A stretch of 64,000 bases of DNA from Hydrolagus colliei (lineage: Eukaryota): positions 48,484,001 through 48,548,000 of the forward strand of contig CM068745.1 in assembly GCA_035084275.1 (NCBI GenBank), written 5' to 3'. This document shows positions 1 through 12,313 of the stretch, one piece after another; the stretch's first letter is position 1; each line of letters starts with the position of its first letter. The position numbers and the translations under genes are program-made. The notes below the pieces were generated by a model that was not told where the DNA came from, made no database searches, and saw nothing but the letters and a program-made list of their open reading frames with translations.

Positions 1-504
1 ACAAAATGGTTATGTTGCTGCACTAAATGAAATTAGTGTCGAAACATTGTTGTGACTTTACAGTACAGTACTTCAAAGAGAAAAATCCTTAGTTTGCTTT
101 TCCATCAACTTCAAACTGGTAACAAATTGTAACAGCCATTTGCATGAAGCTAACTCATGTAGTATGCCTCTTTCTCTTTCTCAATTGTTATGCTTTTTAA
201 ATTATGTATGTATGTTTAGCTCCAAGGAAAATCCTATTCTCTTTGATGAGTGAAAAAAAAGTTTCTGTAAAATAAAACCATTTTCCACAGACTGATACCA
301 GACCTTTAACCAGGACCTTTACTGTCTGCCGTTCAGTATAATGTGCACATTTCTGAAGTGAAATCATATGGAATGATTTCCTGTCATATGGTATACATAT
401 TGTTTCCTGCTTTCTTACCATTTTATCCTTGAATGTGCATAATAATTTTATCTTGCTTAACTCATTCACTACTGAAGGCCATGAATCCACATCATTCACT
501 TAGC

Positions 505-920
505 ACCATAGAAATTTACGGCACAAAGAAGGCCATTTGGTTTCAACAAGCTTGTGACACAAGATTGGTTTGGATGAAAAAAGACTCTCAGACTATCCAG
601 TCTCATCCTTCCAAAACAACCACTTTATCATCTCCCTGTTAATGCAACAAGCTTTTTCAATGAGCCAACTCTCCTGGCTTCTACCATATCCCGGCAAACT
701 TCTTGTGTTGTTGATTACCCTGTGTGTAAAGAAAACTTTTGATCTGTCCTGAAATTGCCCTTGACAACTCCATACCTGTGTCATTTGTACTACACTCTTG
801 ATACATTCTATAGTATTGATCTGGGTCTACTTTTTCAATCTCATTGAAAATGTTACACTCCTCTATGTGGTCCAATGCAAGTCAGATTCTCTCTAGCCTG
901 AAGAGCCTTAGTTGTTTAGT
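505..920 (-). mobile_element. Decayed CR1 LINE 3' fragment
   Basis: Starts with a CR1-type reverse tail (catagaaatttacggcacaaagaaggccattt) and resembles the CR1 3' pieces at 33238 and 48835; heavily diverged. Confidence 0.55.
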
Positions 921-1514
921 TTAGTTGGGACATCCTCCTGAATTGAAAGGCGCTATACGAGTGTAATTTTGTTGTTGTTGTTGCTCATAGATCTTTCCTC
1001 TAACACTGGGTATCATGCTCATTGTCCTGACACCCTCAAAAGAAAAACTTTCAGTCCCACTTAATCTAACCTTTCCCCAGTCGCTAACTCGTTTTAGGGT
1101 ATCTTGTCTAGATATTCCCATTTCAATATCTGCCCAATAAATACAGTTAAAGTATTAAATGCATCTTGGGATGCCCTCCCAATGTGAAAGGCACTCTAGA
1201 AATGTAATTTTGTTGATGTTGTTGTTAATATTTGATGTCTCAAAGCAGTTACTAGGATTGCTGCTTGTGACATCTGTCACACAGGTCAAGTTGTACTATC
1301 TTCACAGCAGCTGTCCCTTTGAAAGATAGCTTTTAGAATTACTTGTGCATGCTTCATCAACAAATCAGTGTTCTATTGAGGGACATTATAGAAGCATGGC
1401 ACCGTTCCATCAATTTAAGCCAAATACCTTGTCACTTAACTTCCAATACAAAGTTAGAATTTGCAAGGTTTCCCAGCATGGGAGGTAGTTGATGATGTCA
1501 GAATAGTGTAACAT

Positions 1515-1825
1515 GGAGTTCTATAGCTCAGTGGTTAGAACACTGGTCTTGCAAGAGAGAGACCTGGGTTTGATTCCCAGCAGGATAAAACCTTGATAAA
1601 ATTTCCTTACTCTACACGCTTGATAATAATTCCTCAAGAAAAAAATAGAATAGGGCACTTCACTCCATGACTGTTTGTTGGACGGTCATGGAGTGCAAAT
1701 GTGCATAATTGGCTGCTGCATTTTTCCCCACAAATATAGTCAATTCACTTTACAATATATTCTGTGAAGCACTTTGAGACATCCAGAAGACATGAAAAGC
1801 ACTATATGCATGGATTATTATTATT
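1515..1825 (+). mobile_element. tRNA-derived SINE (short variant): tRNA head, CORE-like and Deu-like middle, L2-type tail
   Basis: Box A (TAGCTCAGTGG), box B (GGTTTGATTCC), ttggctgctgcattt Deu-like block, tail tgtgaagcactttgagacatc...(TTA)n; many copies in the window. Confidence 0.9.
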
Positions 1826-2699
1826 GTAATCCAGCGTTCAGTTTTCTCTCCCGCCTCTACTCAGATTTCTTGGGTCTGTGTTTGCATGTCCATGTCTCGT
1901 TGAAACCCACATCCAGGCACCAATTATCATCTTGCTCAACGAGGGTCACAAACCCTTCGGAAAAAACTTCTCTAATGGACAATGTTAAAGTTAGATTTAG
2001 AGACTAACACTGGAAAGACCCAATTTTTTATACTAACATCTGATTACAAAGAATTAAGTAAGAGACTGCCTAGACCACTTTAATCAAGTATCACATAGCT
2101 AACAGAATTTAGTTCCATTTGTGCAAGTTATAGTCAACTTGCAATCATTTACCTCATCAACAAGGCGTTATGATTGCATTGAACCATGAAACCTCAATGA
2201 TCAAAATAGCCTTCCACCATGCTCTGTATTTGGAAACTCTTCTACTACTACTAGACTCCACCAAACAGTCTGGGGCTGAAAATATCTCATGGTCTTAACC
2301 TTAAAACCAGTAAATTAGTAATTACAGAATATACTGTAAAATGAATTGACTGTGTATTTTGAGGGTGATATAAGGCAACTAATTGCCCTAGGGAAGATGA
2401 TCCCCAAACAACTGACACCCGGTATCCTAATTACTGCTAGGTGAACTTGCCTAAATTTATACCCTGCCAGGAATCTAACCTAGGTCATCTCGCTTGCTTC
2501 CTCCAACCAATCCACTATATGACTCCACAATTGGTTGATATAAAGGTTGTGCACAAACCTTATTGGGCTATTTTTTAAATAATCTACTGAAAAATGCTTG
2601 AGTTCCTCCAATTTGTTCATTGCTCCCTGTTTGTGATGCAAGGTATGCTCATCCCCCTCTCCCTTTACAGCCTGGCCACATCTCCTTAGAGCTATGTGA

Positions 2700-2925
2700 T
2701 CCAGCAACATGCCTAATAATAATCCCTCTAAAAAAAACACATGATAATAAAATGGGTCATTTCAATCCACGACTGTTTGTGGAACACTGCTGTGCGCAAT
2801 TGGCTGCCGTGATTCTCCTACAAATATACAGTCAATTCACTTTACAGTATATTCTGTGAAGTGCTTTGGGACGTTGATAACATGTGAAAATCTCTATATC
2901 AAATGCAAAGAATATTATTATTATT
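2700..2925 (+). mobile_element. 5'-truncated copy of the tRNA/CORE/Deu SINE
   Basis: ccacgactgtttgtggaacactgctgtgcgcaattggctgccg...tgtgaagtgctttgggacg...(TTA)n. Confidence 0.88.
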
Positions 2926-3827
2926 AACAGGCAAAATAACAGCATTTAAAAATATCAATAGACCCCTACTTCATCAAAAGAAATGCTAACTACTGTACTT
3001 TTTTTAATTTAAAAAACATTCTAACAGCAGTGACGGAGGATGTGCAACAAAAAATAACAGTAAAAAGAGAGCCACATACAATGAATATTATTCTATTTTA
3101 CCGAGAATTACATCACGCACATGGTTACCAAGAAAATGGACCTTTGTACTTTGACATCCAGAAAACCATTCACAACTATATACCAACATTACATCTTCAC
3201 GTTTACATCTGCCACCCATAGCCTTTGTGAGTGAGGTTGGAAATTATTGCTAATTAATGTTGAATTGAAGAGTTGTTCATTTCTGTGGATATGTCCACTG
3301 GGAAAATGATTGTCAGTTGATACTAACGTCATATGGAATATTAACAGGTGTCAGGATTTGCAGTATTTCTCATCTCGCCGTCAAGACTAAACGCAAACTC
3401 CTAAAGGGCAAAGGATAGTATTTAAAAATTTTCCACCGAGTTCCAAGAATTTGCAATTTGATTCAAATTGATTGCTTCTGTATTCAGAATGCATCGTGTC
3501 TTCAAGAATGAGATTTGAGCAGTTTTTATAGAAGTGAGCATCCTCAGAGAGGAAGTTAAATAGATGTAACTAATGTCTTATTTACGATGTAATATACGAT
3601 CAGTTTTAAACTTGTATTTAGTAGGGTCCGGCGATGTAGCGATATATCGCTATCGCATTTCAAAAATATCGATATATCGAAAAATCGATACATTGAGGTA
3701 AAAAATCGGGATGCGAGCACACTGAATTACAAGACCCAGAATGCTCATCTCTATACACAATGCACAGACCGAGGTGCAAAGCCGCCATATTGTATTCATA
3801 GTCCTCGAATACAATATACATGTATGC

Positions 3828-4255
3828 AAGGGGTGGGGGTGGGGGGGGGTGAGAGACGGCTGGGTGGGGGGGGGTGAGGGGGAGAGAGACGGCTGGGGGG
3901 AGGGGGAGAGAGATGGCTGTAGGGGGGGAGAGGGAGAGAGGGTGAGAGAGACGACTGGGGGGAGGGGGAGAGAGATGGCTGGGGGGAGGGGGAGATAGAC
4001 GGCTTGGGGGAAGGGGAGAGAGACGGCTGGGGGGAGGGGGAGAGAGACAGCTGGGGGGGGGGAGAGAGACAGCTGGGGGGAGGGGGAGAGAGACGGCTGT
4101 GGGGGTGGGAGAGAGACGGCTGGGGGGGCAGGGAGAGAGAGATGGCGGGGGAGGGGAGGGAGAAAGAGACGGCTGGGGGGGTGGTGGGGGAGAGAGACGA
4201 CGGGGGTGGGGGGGTGCGAGAGAGGGACGGCGGTGGGGGGGGGGAGAGATGGGGT
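3828..4255 (+). repeat. G-rich minisatellite (about 22-24 bp unit GGGGAGAGAGACGGCTGGGGGG) inside the hAT MITE
   Basis: Unit repeated many times with variable G-run length; strong G-quadruplex potential; source of the spurious Pro/Ser and Gly/Glu ORFs. Confidence 0.92.
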
Positions 4256-4410
4256 GGATGTGATAATATACAGATCGATAGAGATGGGGGGGATGTGAGA
4301 GAGGAGAGAGGGAGAGAGACACAGAGACACACAGACAGAAAAACACAGAGATGGAGAGAGTGAGAGACACAAAAAGAGAAAGATATTTACCTTCTGAGGA
4401 GATAGGCCCC

Positions 4411-4490
4411 AAATGCGCACTCACCCGGAATGCGCACGCACCCTGAATGCGCGCGCACTCCGAATGCGCACGCCGCGTGCGCATGCGCAA
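4411..4490. promoter_or_regulatory. Array of NRF1-like motifs within the MITE
   Basis: Four AATGCGC(A/G)C repeats followed by a perfect TGCGCATGCGCA palindrome at 4478-4489; function not shown. Confidence 0.5.
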
Positions 4491-4744
4491 TACGAAAAAA
4501 CTGAAAATATCGATATTTCGGTATATCTTGATATGAGCCCATCGATATATCTAAATCGGAAAATTTCCATATCGACGGACCCTAGTATTTAGACATACTG
4601 TATGACTCACACATTTTTTAAATGAAATTTGCCTAACATCAACTAGTCTGTCCTTTGGTTTTGGAAGTCTAAAAATTGCAAACATAACCAAAAAACTAAC
4701 TAGAATTATTTGCAAACATGAAAATCAACAGAAGGTAATGATTA

Positions 4745-4955
4745 TGCAAATTCTTGTAGCTCAGTGGTTGGAGCACTCACCTTACAAGCAATAGACCTGG
4801 GTTCATTTCCAGGCAGGGTGAAATCTTGGACAAGTTTCCTTATTCCACATGCCTGATAATAATCCCTCAAAAAATAATTAGTCACGACTGTTTGCCGAAC
4901 ACAACTGTGTGGATTTGGCTGCTGCATTTCGCTTACATACACACACACAATTAAC
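4745..4955 (+). mobile_element. tRNA/CORE/Deu SINE, 3' end interrupted by a minus-strand L2 fragment (about 4960-5130)
   Basis: tagctcagtggttggagcactcaccttacaag head, ttggacaagtttccttattccacatgcct, then the Deu-like block. Confidence 0.85.
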
Positions 4956-5134
4956 AATGTTGTGGGGGAAGTGGCAAGAGGAAGGTCTTCGGGAAGAACC
5001 TGAAAAGGGGGAGAGAAGGAGCAAAGCAAAGGGATTGAGGGAGAGTGTTTCAGAGTTTGGGGCCATAATGGCTGAAAGCTTACTATGGTAGGGCTGAGGG
5101 TGTGATCCTGCAGCACATAAGAGAGCAAGTACCT

Positions 5135-5490
5135 ACTTGGGTCAGCTGGTACGACTCTCGTTACTAAATCAGAAGATTGTAGCTCAAATCTTATGCCAGT
5201 CCAATCATTCAGTCATCCTTTAAATCATACATTAAAGGAAGGTCCCATCTACTTGTTCATGAGAACTCATGACAATATTCAAAACTAGAAGATCAATTTC
5301 CTGGCCAAATATCCTTCAATTAAGTGTTCATTCTTCTCCTATGTTTGTGCAAGATTGCTATATATAAGATTGATGATCAAATTCACCTAAAAAATAGTGT
5401 CAGTGCACTCTACAATTAATTATCTGAAGCTCCTTGAGACATTTTGATATGATTTGGCTCTATGTCAAATGCCAAGATATTATTATTATT
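5135..5490 (+). mobile_element. Older, diverged Deu-type SINE
   Basis: Degenerate tRNA head (ttgggtcagctggtacgactctcg...cagaagattgtagctcaaatc) and L2-type tail ending in (TTA)n. Confidence 0.55.
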
Positions 5491-5649
5491 TGGGTAATAG
5501 TTAATGGAATCCAAAGTTATTTTTCAACGTTTTAATGACAATACTAAAGCCTTGGAATAAGTCTTTGGACAGTCCATTATGAATCGAAACTGAACACCGA
5601 TCTACAACAACATTTATACCGCAGTTTCCATGATACACACTCATCTTAT

Positions 5650-6370
5650 TTGACCCTCAACTGTGATTGCTACCCCACATGCATGCCGTGATCCGCTCTG
5701 CCTTTCCTCACCTTTGCAGCATTACCCGGCTTCACCACTGCCCTTCCCATCTGGCTAGCAAAACCCTCATCCGCACATTTATTATATCTAGGCTCAACTA
5801 TGCCAACTCCCTGCTTGTTGGCCTTCCTAAGAATAATCTTCCCTCCAAAATATACAGATCATCCAGAACACTGCAGCTTGTATCCCACCCCACATCTTGG
5901 GTTCCTTGATCCTATCACCCCCTCTTCTGGCTGCCTCCGCTGGCTCCATTTCCCCAAAAGGATACAGTTCAAAACCATCATCCTCACCTTTAAAGCATCT
6001 CATCGCTTTGTTCCTTCCTACCTATGTGACTTCTAATGCTATCAACCTGTCAGCTCTCTCCGCTCAAAGTACCCTCCACATATCCTGCCTGACCATGCAA
6101 TAATTGGTGGTTGGGCCTACAGCCTCTCTGCCATCACCCTTTGAAACTCCATCCCATAGTCTCTTCACCTCCCTCCATCCCTTGCCTGCTTCAAGGCATA
6201 CCTCTAGGCTCTCCTGTTCAACCACATCTTCAGCCACCTTCCTACCCCTACCCTCCCTGCCCTCTACCCATCCTGATTCCAAGTACCTATTGGGTCCAAA
6301 TCCCAGATTATTCTGTGCTTTGGAACATGCTAAAGACATGAAAGGGGCTCTACAAATGTAATGTTTTATT
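5650..6370 (+). mobile_element. Decayed L2 LINE 3' fragment
   Basis: Translates to KTLIRTFIISRLNYANSLLVGLP and LRWLHFPKRIQFK (L2 ORF2 C-terminus); tail gtaatgttttattgttg. Confidence 0.88.
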
Positions 6371-6589
6371 GTTGATATGAAAATGAATTTTGCATCTTCA
6401 AGATGACTTTTGTAGGTTGTTGCCAGCAAAAATTATTGCCAAACTTATTTACTGTAAAATATGCAGTATATAACTGAATGCAAATCACGGAGAGAAGTTT
6501 CTGATAAGATTGCTTTAAGAAAACTTTTTGAAGAAAACAAGATTGAGGATTATGCAATCCAGACTGTTAAAATTATAGGAAGAATAGAT

Positions 6590-6880
6590 GGTAATAGTAA
6601 TCCTTACATTTGATATGTCTCCTTACTACATCTTTGAGATGCCTAAAAGTGCTTCACAAAATATGCTATAAAGTGAATTAACCAATTTATTTACTTTTTT
6701 AAGGAATTATTATCCCTGGAAAAGCAATTCACTAATCAAATAATAACCAAGTTCCTAGTTACTGCCAGCTAAACAAAGAGGTGTGAAGTAAGGAAATTTG
6801 CCCAATATTCACCCTGCCGGGAATTGTACACAGGATTCTTACTTGCAAAGCGATGGCTCAAACCACTGAGCTGTAGGATT
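6590..6880 (-). mobile_element. tRNA/CORE/Deu SINE (long variant)
   Basis: Reverse complement of the tail, the internal aaccaagttcctagttactgc segment and the head (accactgagctgtagga). Confidence 0.8.
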
Positions 6881-7639
6881 CCACATGATGAAGATACAGC
6901 AGGTAATTTTTTAACCATAGACTGTGAGATTAGAGAATGGGATGGATTTAACAATAAATATCTCAAGTAGGATTTTGGCTAGTAAGAATTGTTTTCCCAT
7001 TGATTAGTGAAGAAGCAGAGGCCATGGTAGATACAAGATACAAGAGTTAAGTCTTGCCAGATCCTAGAGCAGGGAAATCTGGCCATTCTAGACAATAGTT
7101 TGCCTTTAGAAAAAGGCTTGTGTATAGAGACAAACTACTGTAGTTGTGAAGGAATGCTATGCCTCCTCAACTTTTAACCTCAAGAAGGCATGATAGGCAA
7201 ACCGCTTATCTTTAAGTCCCAGAATTGTAAACTATGACAACGATCATAAAACATATTTTATTTCATTTATCCCTTGCAGATATTTTGCTGAGATTTAGAA
7301 AATTGTTGGAACATATCATTAAGAAAGTCTATTTTATTTTCAACTGTAGCAGTGATTGTGTATTATGAAGCTAAACAAAGCAATCTTTCCAAAATACTGT
7401 AACATATGATTTATCCATGCACATGCGTTTTTATGATGCAGCACAGCAGTTTCATTTATAGTTACTTATGCATGTATTTCACTAAGTGCAGTTCAGGCAA
7501 ATGACAACATGAGCTGTTTGGTTTTGTGGTCTAGAACTGAGAAGTGGTTGAGATCCTTCCTATTAGATGCCAATAGTCAGGTTTCCAGGGCAGCTGCTGA
7601 GTTCTGCTCACAGGCACCAAATACATCCCCAAGAAAAAC

Positions 7640-8180
7640 AACTTACATTGTTATTATGCACCTCACTCAGGGTACCGTGCCAGAGTGTTTGACAGTGGCA
7701 AAGCATGACTCTGAGCTGGGGGAAGTGGGAGGTGACCATAGGCACGGTCAATGTAGAACTTTCTCAAGCAGGCATGACTTGATGGGGAGGGAAGGGGTGA
7801 GAGGGAGGGACAGAATAAGAATATTCCAGAGTTTTGGCGCTTGGTGGCTGAAAACACGGTCGCCAATGGTGGAATGGAGGGCACGAGAGACATGCCGAAG
7901 GTTGGAGCTATTTGAGCAGAGCAGCAGTTTGTGGGGAGGGAGGTAAGCAGGTTGGAGAGGTAGAGAGATGACAGGGCATGAATGGATTTGGAAGCGAATA
8001 TGAAGATCGTGAAATCGATCCATTCAAGAGCTAGTGGAACCTGACTAGAATGGTGTGATAGGGGTACAGATATCATTAGGGTGAGTACGTAGGGGGCACA
8101 GTTTTGGATCAGCTTGATCCTGCGCATGGATGGGCTAAGGAGACTGGTGAAAAGGGCACTTGAAAAGTCGAGTCAGGAGC
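7640..8180 (-). mobile_element. Decayed L2 LINE 3' fragment
   Basis: Minus-strand IKLIQNCA and STIGDRVFSHQAPKLWN. Confidence 0.85.
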
Positions 8181-8185
8181 TGACA

Positions 8186-8245
8186 AGCGCTCTGAGACGC
8201 CATCCGGTGTGGAGGGCGCTATATAAATCGAAGTTGTTGTTGTTG
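8186..8245 (+). mobile_element. Tail-only L2-type insertion (gcgctctgagacgccatccggtgtggagggcgctatataaatc..(TTG)n)
   Basis: Near-identical copies at about 49216-49271, 57240-57300 (-) and 61895-61957. Confidence 0.8.
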
Positions 8246-8689
8246 ACAAATGCATGGATGAATGCAAAAGCACATTAGCTTCAGGAACTCCATCCACAAT
8301 CTCAGCCATTCTCCTCTCCTCCCTCTCCCATTTGGTTGTGTAGCTACTACATTTTGAGCAAACATTTTTAGTTTGGAAGTTCTGTTTGTTTTGAGATGCC
8401 GTTATTTAAGAATGTAAAAGCAACAAATTGAAAATGTCAAAATAATTCCACCATCATTTGTCTAACTACTTTGGGATATGACAGAACATTTGAAAGTACA
8501 GTACAACACAGTCTGACTTGTCAACCCTCAATACTGCTTTCAATTGATGTACCAATTGATGCAATATCCTCTATGTATGTATCTGACAGTGTGAAGTAAC
8601 CGGTACAATACAAAACGGTATTGTCTAAATAAAAACGAACAGGTTGGTATATTTAGAATTTAATTTGGGTAGAACATGGAATTTGCTCA

Positions 8690-9770
8690 ATGTTCGTGGA
8701 CCTGCCCTTGCCTGCTACAAATCTTTCCTCTCCCACTGTCTCTACTTTGTCACCACTAGCGGCTTTTCCTCTAGCCCTTGCACCATCACGTGTGACGTCC
8801 CCGAGGGCTCTGTCATTGGCCCTATCCTTTTCAACCTCTATATGCTCCCCTTTGGTGACATTATCCGCAGACATGGGATCAACATGGGGTCAACTTCCCT
8901 ATGTATGCGGATGACACCCAACTATATCTTTCTGCCTCAACCCATGATTTCAGGACAACCGCTGTCCCGTTGGACTGCCATTTCGCTTGCACCAGTGTCT
9001 TCACACCTTAAGCACTGGCAGCATCACCTCCATGGATGCACACTCATCTTACCAAGCCAGCCAAGAAACTATGTGTCTTGTCGATCCTCAACTATCTTTT
9101 CTCCCCCACATTCATGCCATGATCCGCTCCGCCTTCCCTCACCTCCGTAACATTGCCTAATTCTGCCACTACCTCACCCTTCAGGCTGGTGAATCTCTTA
9201 TTCATGCCTCCATCACATCCATGCTCGACTATGCCAAGGCCCTGCTTGTACAGCTCCCCAATTCCTCCCTCCATAGGTTGCAGATCATCCAGAACTCTGC
9301 AGCCTGTGTCCTCCATCTCACCAAGTTCAGCGACTGTATGAACCCCATTCTTGCCTGACTCCACTGGCTTCCCAACACTTAGTGGATTCAATTCAAGATA
9401 CTGGTTCTCACTTTTAAAGCCATCCATGGCCTTGTCCCATCTACCTTTTGACCTCCTAATCCCTTACCAACATTCTCCGCTGACCCGCAAAGCAATCTCC
9501 TGCCTGCTCCAAGAATCCTGACCCACCCGCCCCACCATCGTCGTGTGAAACTTCAGCCACACTGATCACTGTAGAGGGATTGCGGATTGGAATTCCCTGT
9601 ACTTCAAGACCCTCCTCTTCGACCCTGCCATCAGTCACCCCCCCATCCCTATGTTTTCTCCACACTCCTCTAACTCCGATCCAAAACACTGACTGCACAG
9701 CACCTTCGAACGTCATCCCAACATGAAACTCACCTTACAAATGCACAGTACTTTTGTTTGTTTTGTTGCT
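8690..9770 (+). mobile_element. Decayed L2 LINE, RT core to 3' tail
   Basis: VPEGSVIGPILFNLYMLP and atgtatgcggatgacacccaacta (YADDTQL); frameshifted. Confidence 0.92.
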
Positions 9771-10424
9771 GCATTAATCTGGTCTACATTACAGACAATT
9801 TCTGAAACAAATTATCTTTAAATTATTTGTTCGATATGTCATTTTAATGTTTGGTATATAAACGACCATATACTGTAGATGGTTTTCTGACAAAATCATC
9901 CCTTGATTGTCACCAAAAGTTTACCATTGTGTTGTGTTACTAAAGAAATAGATCTGAATGGTAAACTAACTGATAATCAAACTCTGTTTGTTATGCTGAG
10001 TTAGGACAGCAAATTGCAGTATAAACTTTAACTTTTGGCTCATGTTAGAATTACCATGTTTTCAACATAAAAATCTGTCCAGCTCAGTTGTATCATGGTT
10101 TGCTATTATGCCACAGGCAGGTCATATAAATATCCGCTGACCTCTTACATGCACAGTCTTGCTAAAGCAGTTAACTAGTCGTCTGCTGAAAATTTGTGAA
10201 TTCCTCAATGTCTTTGTTCTTTATTTCCTTTTCATTTGGCGACACATGTGGATGCAGCAGACCATATTGTTACAGCTTAATGAAATGTGAAACAGAAAAA
10301 AAAACATTTATATACAATTAAATCATATTGGACTTAATGGCACTCTGCTGTACAACAGCTGTATGAATGTTGACCTTGAATGGTGCATGATGGTGGTTGT
10401 TGCCTCAAAGAGCCAATTGCAATA

Positions 10425-10994
10425 CAGGTATCCCTCCCCAACCACGGGGGATACGTTCCTGTAAACCTCCGTGGTTGGTAATATTGTGGTTGGAAAATGC
10501 AGGGCCCTATGGCAAACATGGAGATAGGGGGAGTACGTTTGCGGAGGGTGGAGGTGTGAGGGTGAGACTGGGTGGGTGACATGGAGGATTGGGGGTGTGG
10601 GTGACACGGAGGGTGGGGGTGGTGAGTGACACAGAGGGTTGGGGGTGTGAGTGTCACGGAGGGTTGGTGGGTGACATGGGGGGGTGAGTGACACAGAGAG
10701 TGGGGGTGGTGTGGGTGACACAGAGGGCGGGGAGGGTGAGTGACATGGAGGGTTGGGGGGATGGGTGACACGGAGGGTGGTGGGGAGGTGGGTGATACGG
10801 AGGGTGGAGGAGAGAAATCAACGGAGATTTACCTTAATCCTAAAAGAGAAGCGACATCTCGCTGGTTGATTGCGACATATTAAATTGTGTATGCGCAAAA
10901 TGCAAAACGAGGTTTGCGAGGGTTGTCGCATTTAGCAAACCTTGGATGCATGCGTTTCGTGGTTAATGAGGCCGCGGTTGGGGCAGGATACCTG
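10425..10994. mobile_element. Non-autonomous Tc1/mariner (Tigger/pogo-like) MITE, 570 bp
   Basis: TIRs CAGGTATCCCTCCCCAACCACGG / CCGCGGTTGGGGCAGGATACCTG; TA TSD at 10423-10424 and 10995-10996. Confidence 0.92.
10543..10812 (+). repeat. G-rich minisatellite (about 22-25 bp unit GGGTGACACGGAGGGTGGGG) inside the Tigger-like MITE
   Basis: About ten imperfect units; G-quadruplex-prone. Confidence 0.9.
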
Positions 10995-12206
10995 TATTTA
11001 GATCATAAATTAAAATATATATAAGGAAATATTGCATTTAGTTAACAGGAAGTAAATTAATTTATTATTGCTGAATAAAAATCTGAAATTTTCTTTATTA
11101 CTGATCCTAGTAAAATTGTCCCCCTCAGCCCCTGTTACGTCTGCAATTCAAAGCCCAAATCGCTATCTGAACAAGCAGGGCGAAACCTTGCCAGACAACA
11201 TTACCAATGGCAAGCTTTCTACTTGTAGCTGGTTATATTCCATTAGTACTCCAATGCAAACTCTGTGGCCCCCCAAGCCTTATCTCTTGCCAACCTGTGC
11301 CTAATACTTTCTGGAATTAGGTAAGCAGGAAGCATTCCTCTAGGGAGAGAATGCACATTCCATTCCAACAATCTATCGCTTGGATTTCCATGTGTAGGTG
11401 GGATGCATCAAAATTCCAGCTGGTTTTGTATACTCTTAAGCATGATAATGGGTTTTCACATGTGGCAGACACCTGGCTGACCAAAATAAAAAATGTGTCT
11501 TGCTTTGCCATTCTTGTCAGGTATAATTAAGCAAATATCCACATTTGAAATCGATCTTATGAAGATTGCACAGGAAAGTAATGAATGTTTAGTTAGGTGA
11601 TAGCAAATGAATAACTAACTGAATAATAGTATGGTGACTGATGTGTTATAATTATATCACACGAGTAAATATTTTCAGTTATCTTTCAGCAAGCTGAGGA
11701 AGTTGACGTTTACACAATTAGAATAGATAATGTGAAAGTGGATTGAGATAGGGGGAAGGGAGCAGGAGATGAAGGATCGCAGAGTAGAGATAGTCTAAGG
11801 GCAGGAATTAGAGGCAGACAGATTGGACATGCTGATTTCACAAATAGTGAGAAATTGTGCATTGCGGTGACATGGAGGACTAGGATATTTTATGTGTAAA
11901 ATGAGTCGGGAGAGCTAGAAAAGTAGGAAATGATCATATAGCGGGTGCAGGTGCAAGATCTTGCTGACAGAGAAAGCAATGATGTACAGTATATGGAAGT
12001 TGGCATAATGTATCTCAGAGACAGAAAAAATTAGAAAAGTCTTGGAGGCATAGGTGTGTAAGAGAACACCAAAGTTCCAATTAGTTCAGATAGTTTTAAA
12101 AATTATGAACGTCATCTGTGGTTCACTTTTTGAAATAGTGTCATGGGATCTTTAACTTACATCCGAACATGAAGACAAGCCCTTGGTTTAACCATTAAAC
12201 CGGAGT

Positions 12207-12313
12207 GGAGTCCTCTAGCGTAGTGGTTAAAGCACTCGCCTTACAAGTGGGACTCTTGGGTTCGATTCTAGGCAGGGAGAAACCATGGGTATGTTTCCTT
12301 ACTCCATACGTCT
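12207..12313 (+). mobile_element. tRNA-like SINE head nested in an older minus-strand Deu-SINE (about 12115-12385)
   Basis: ggagtcctctagcgtagtggttaaagcactcgccttacaag...gggttcgattc; the flanks match the older SINE (tagtgtcatgggatctttaac; acttgaacccaaagccatctgattcaga). Confidence 0.8.

Larger units (their letters stand above)
3622..4584. mobile_element. Non-autonomous hAT-type DNA transposon (MITE), 963 bp
   Basis: TIRs TAGGGTCCGGCGATGT / ATATCGACGGACCCTA (14/16 match); perfect 8-bp TSD GTATTTAG at 3614-3621 and 4585-4592; subterminal ATCGAT-rich repeats; CpG-rich, so probably young. Confidence 0.93.

Noticed and set aside
3650-4490. Long Pro/Ser-rich and Gly/Glu-rich ORFs (up to 276 aa)
   Set aside because: They are translations of the minisatellite inside a MITE and are open in several frames on both strands.
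10323-10771. Pro/His-rich ORFs
   Set aside because: Same artefact, from the Tigger-like MITE minisatellite.
12207-12280. tRNA gene (Val/Ala-like)
   Set aside because: It has A/B boxes but continues into the SINE body and lacks a proper acceptor stem; it is a SINE head, as at 1515, 4745, 35135 and 39110.
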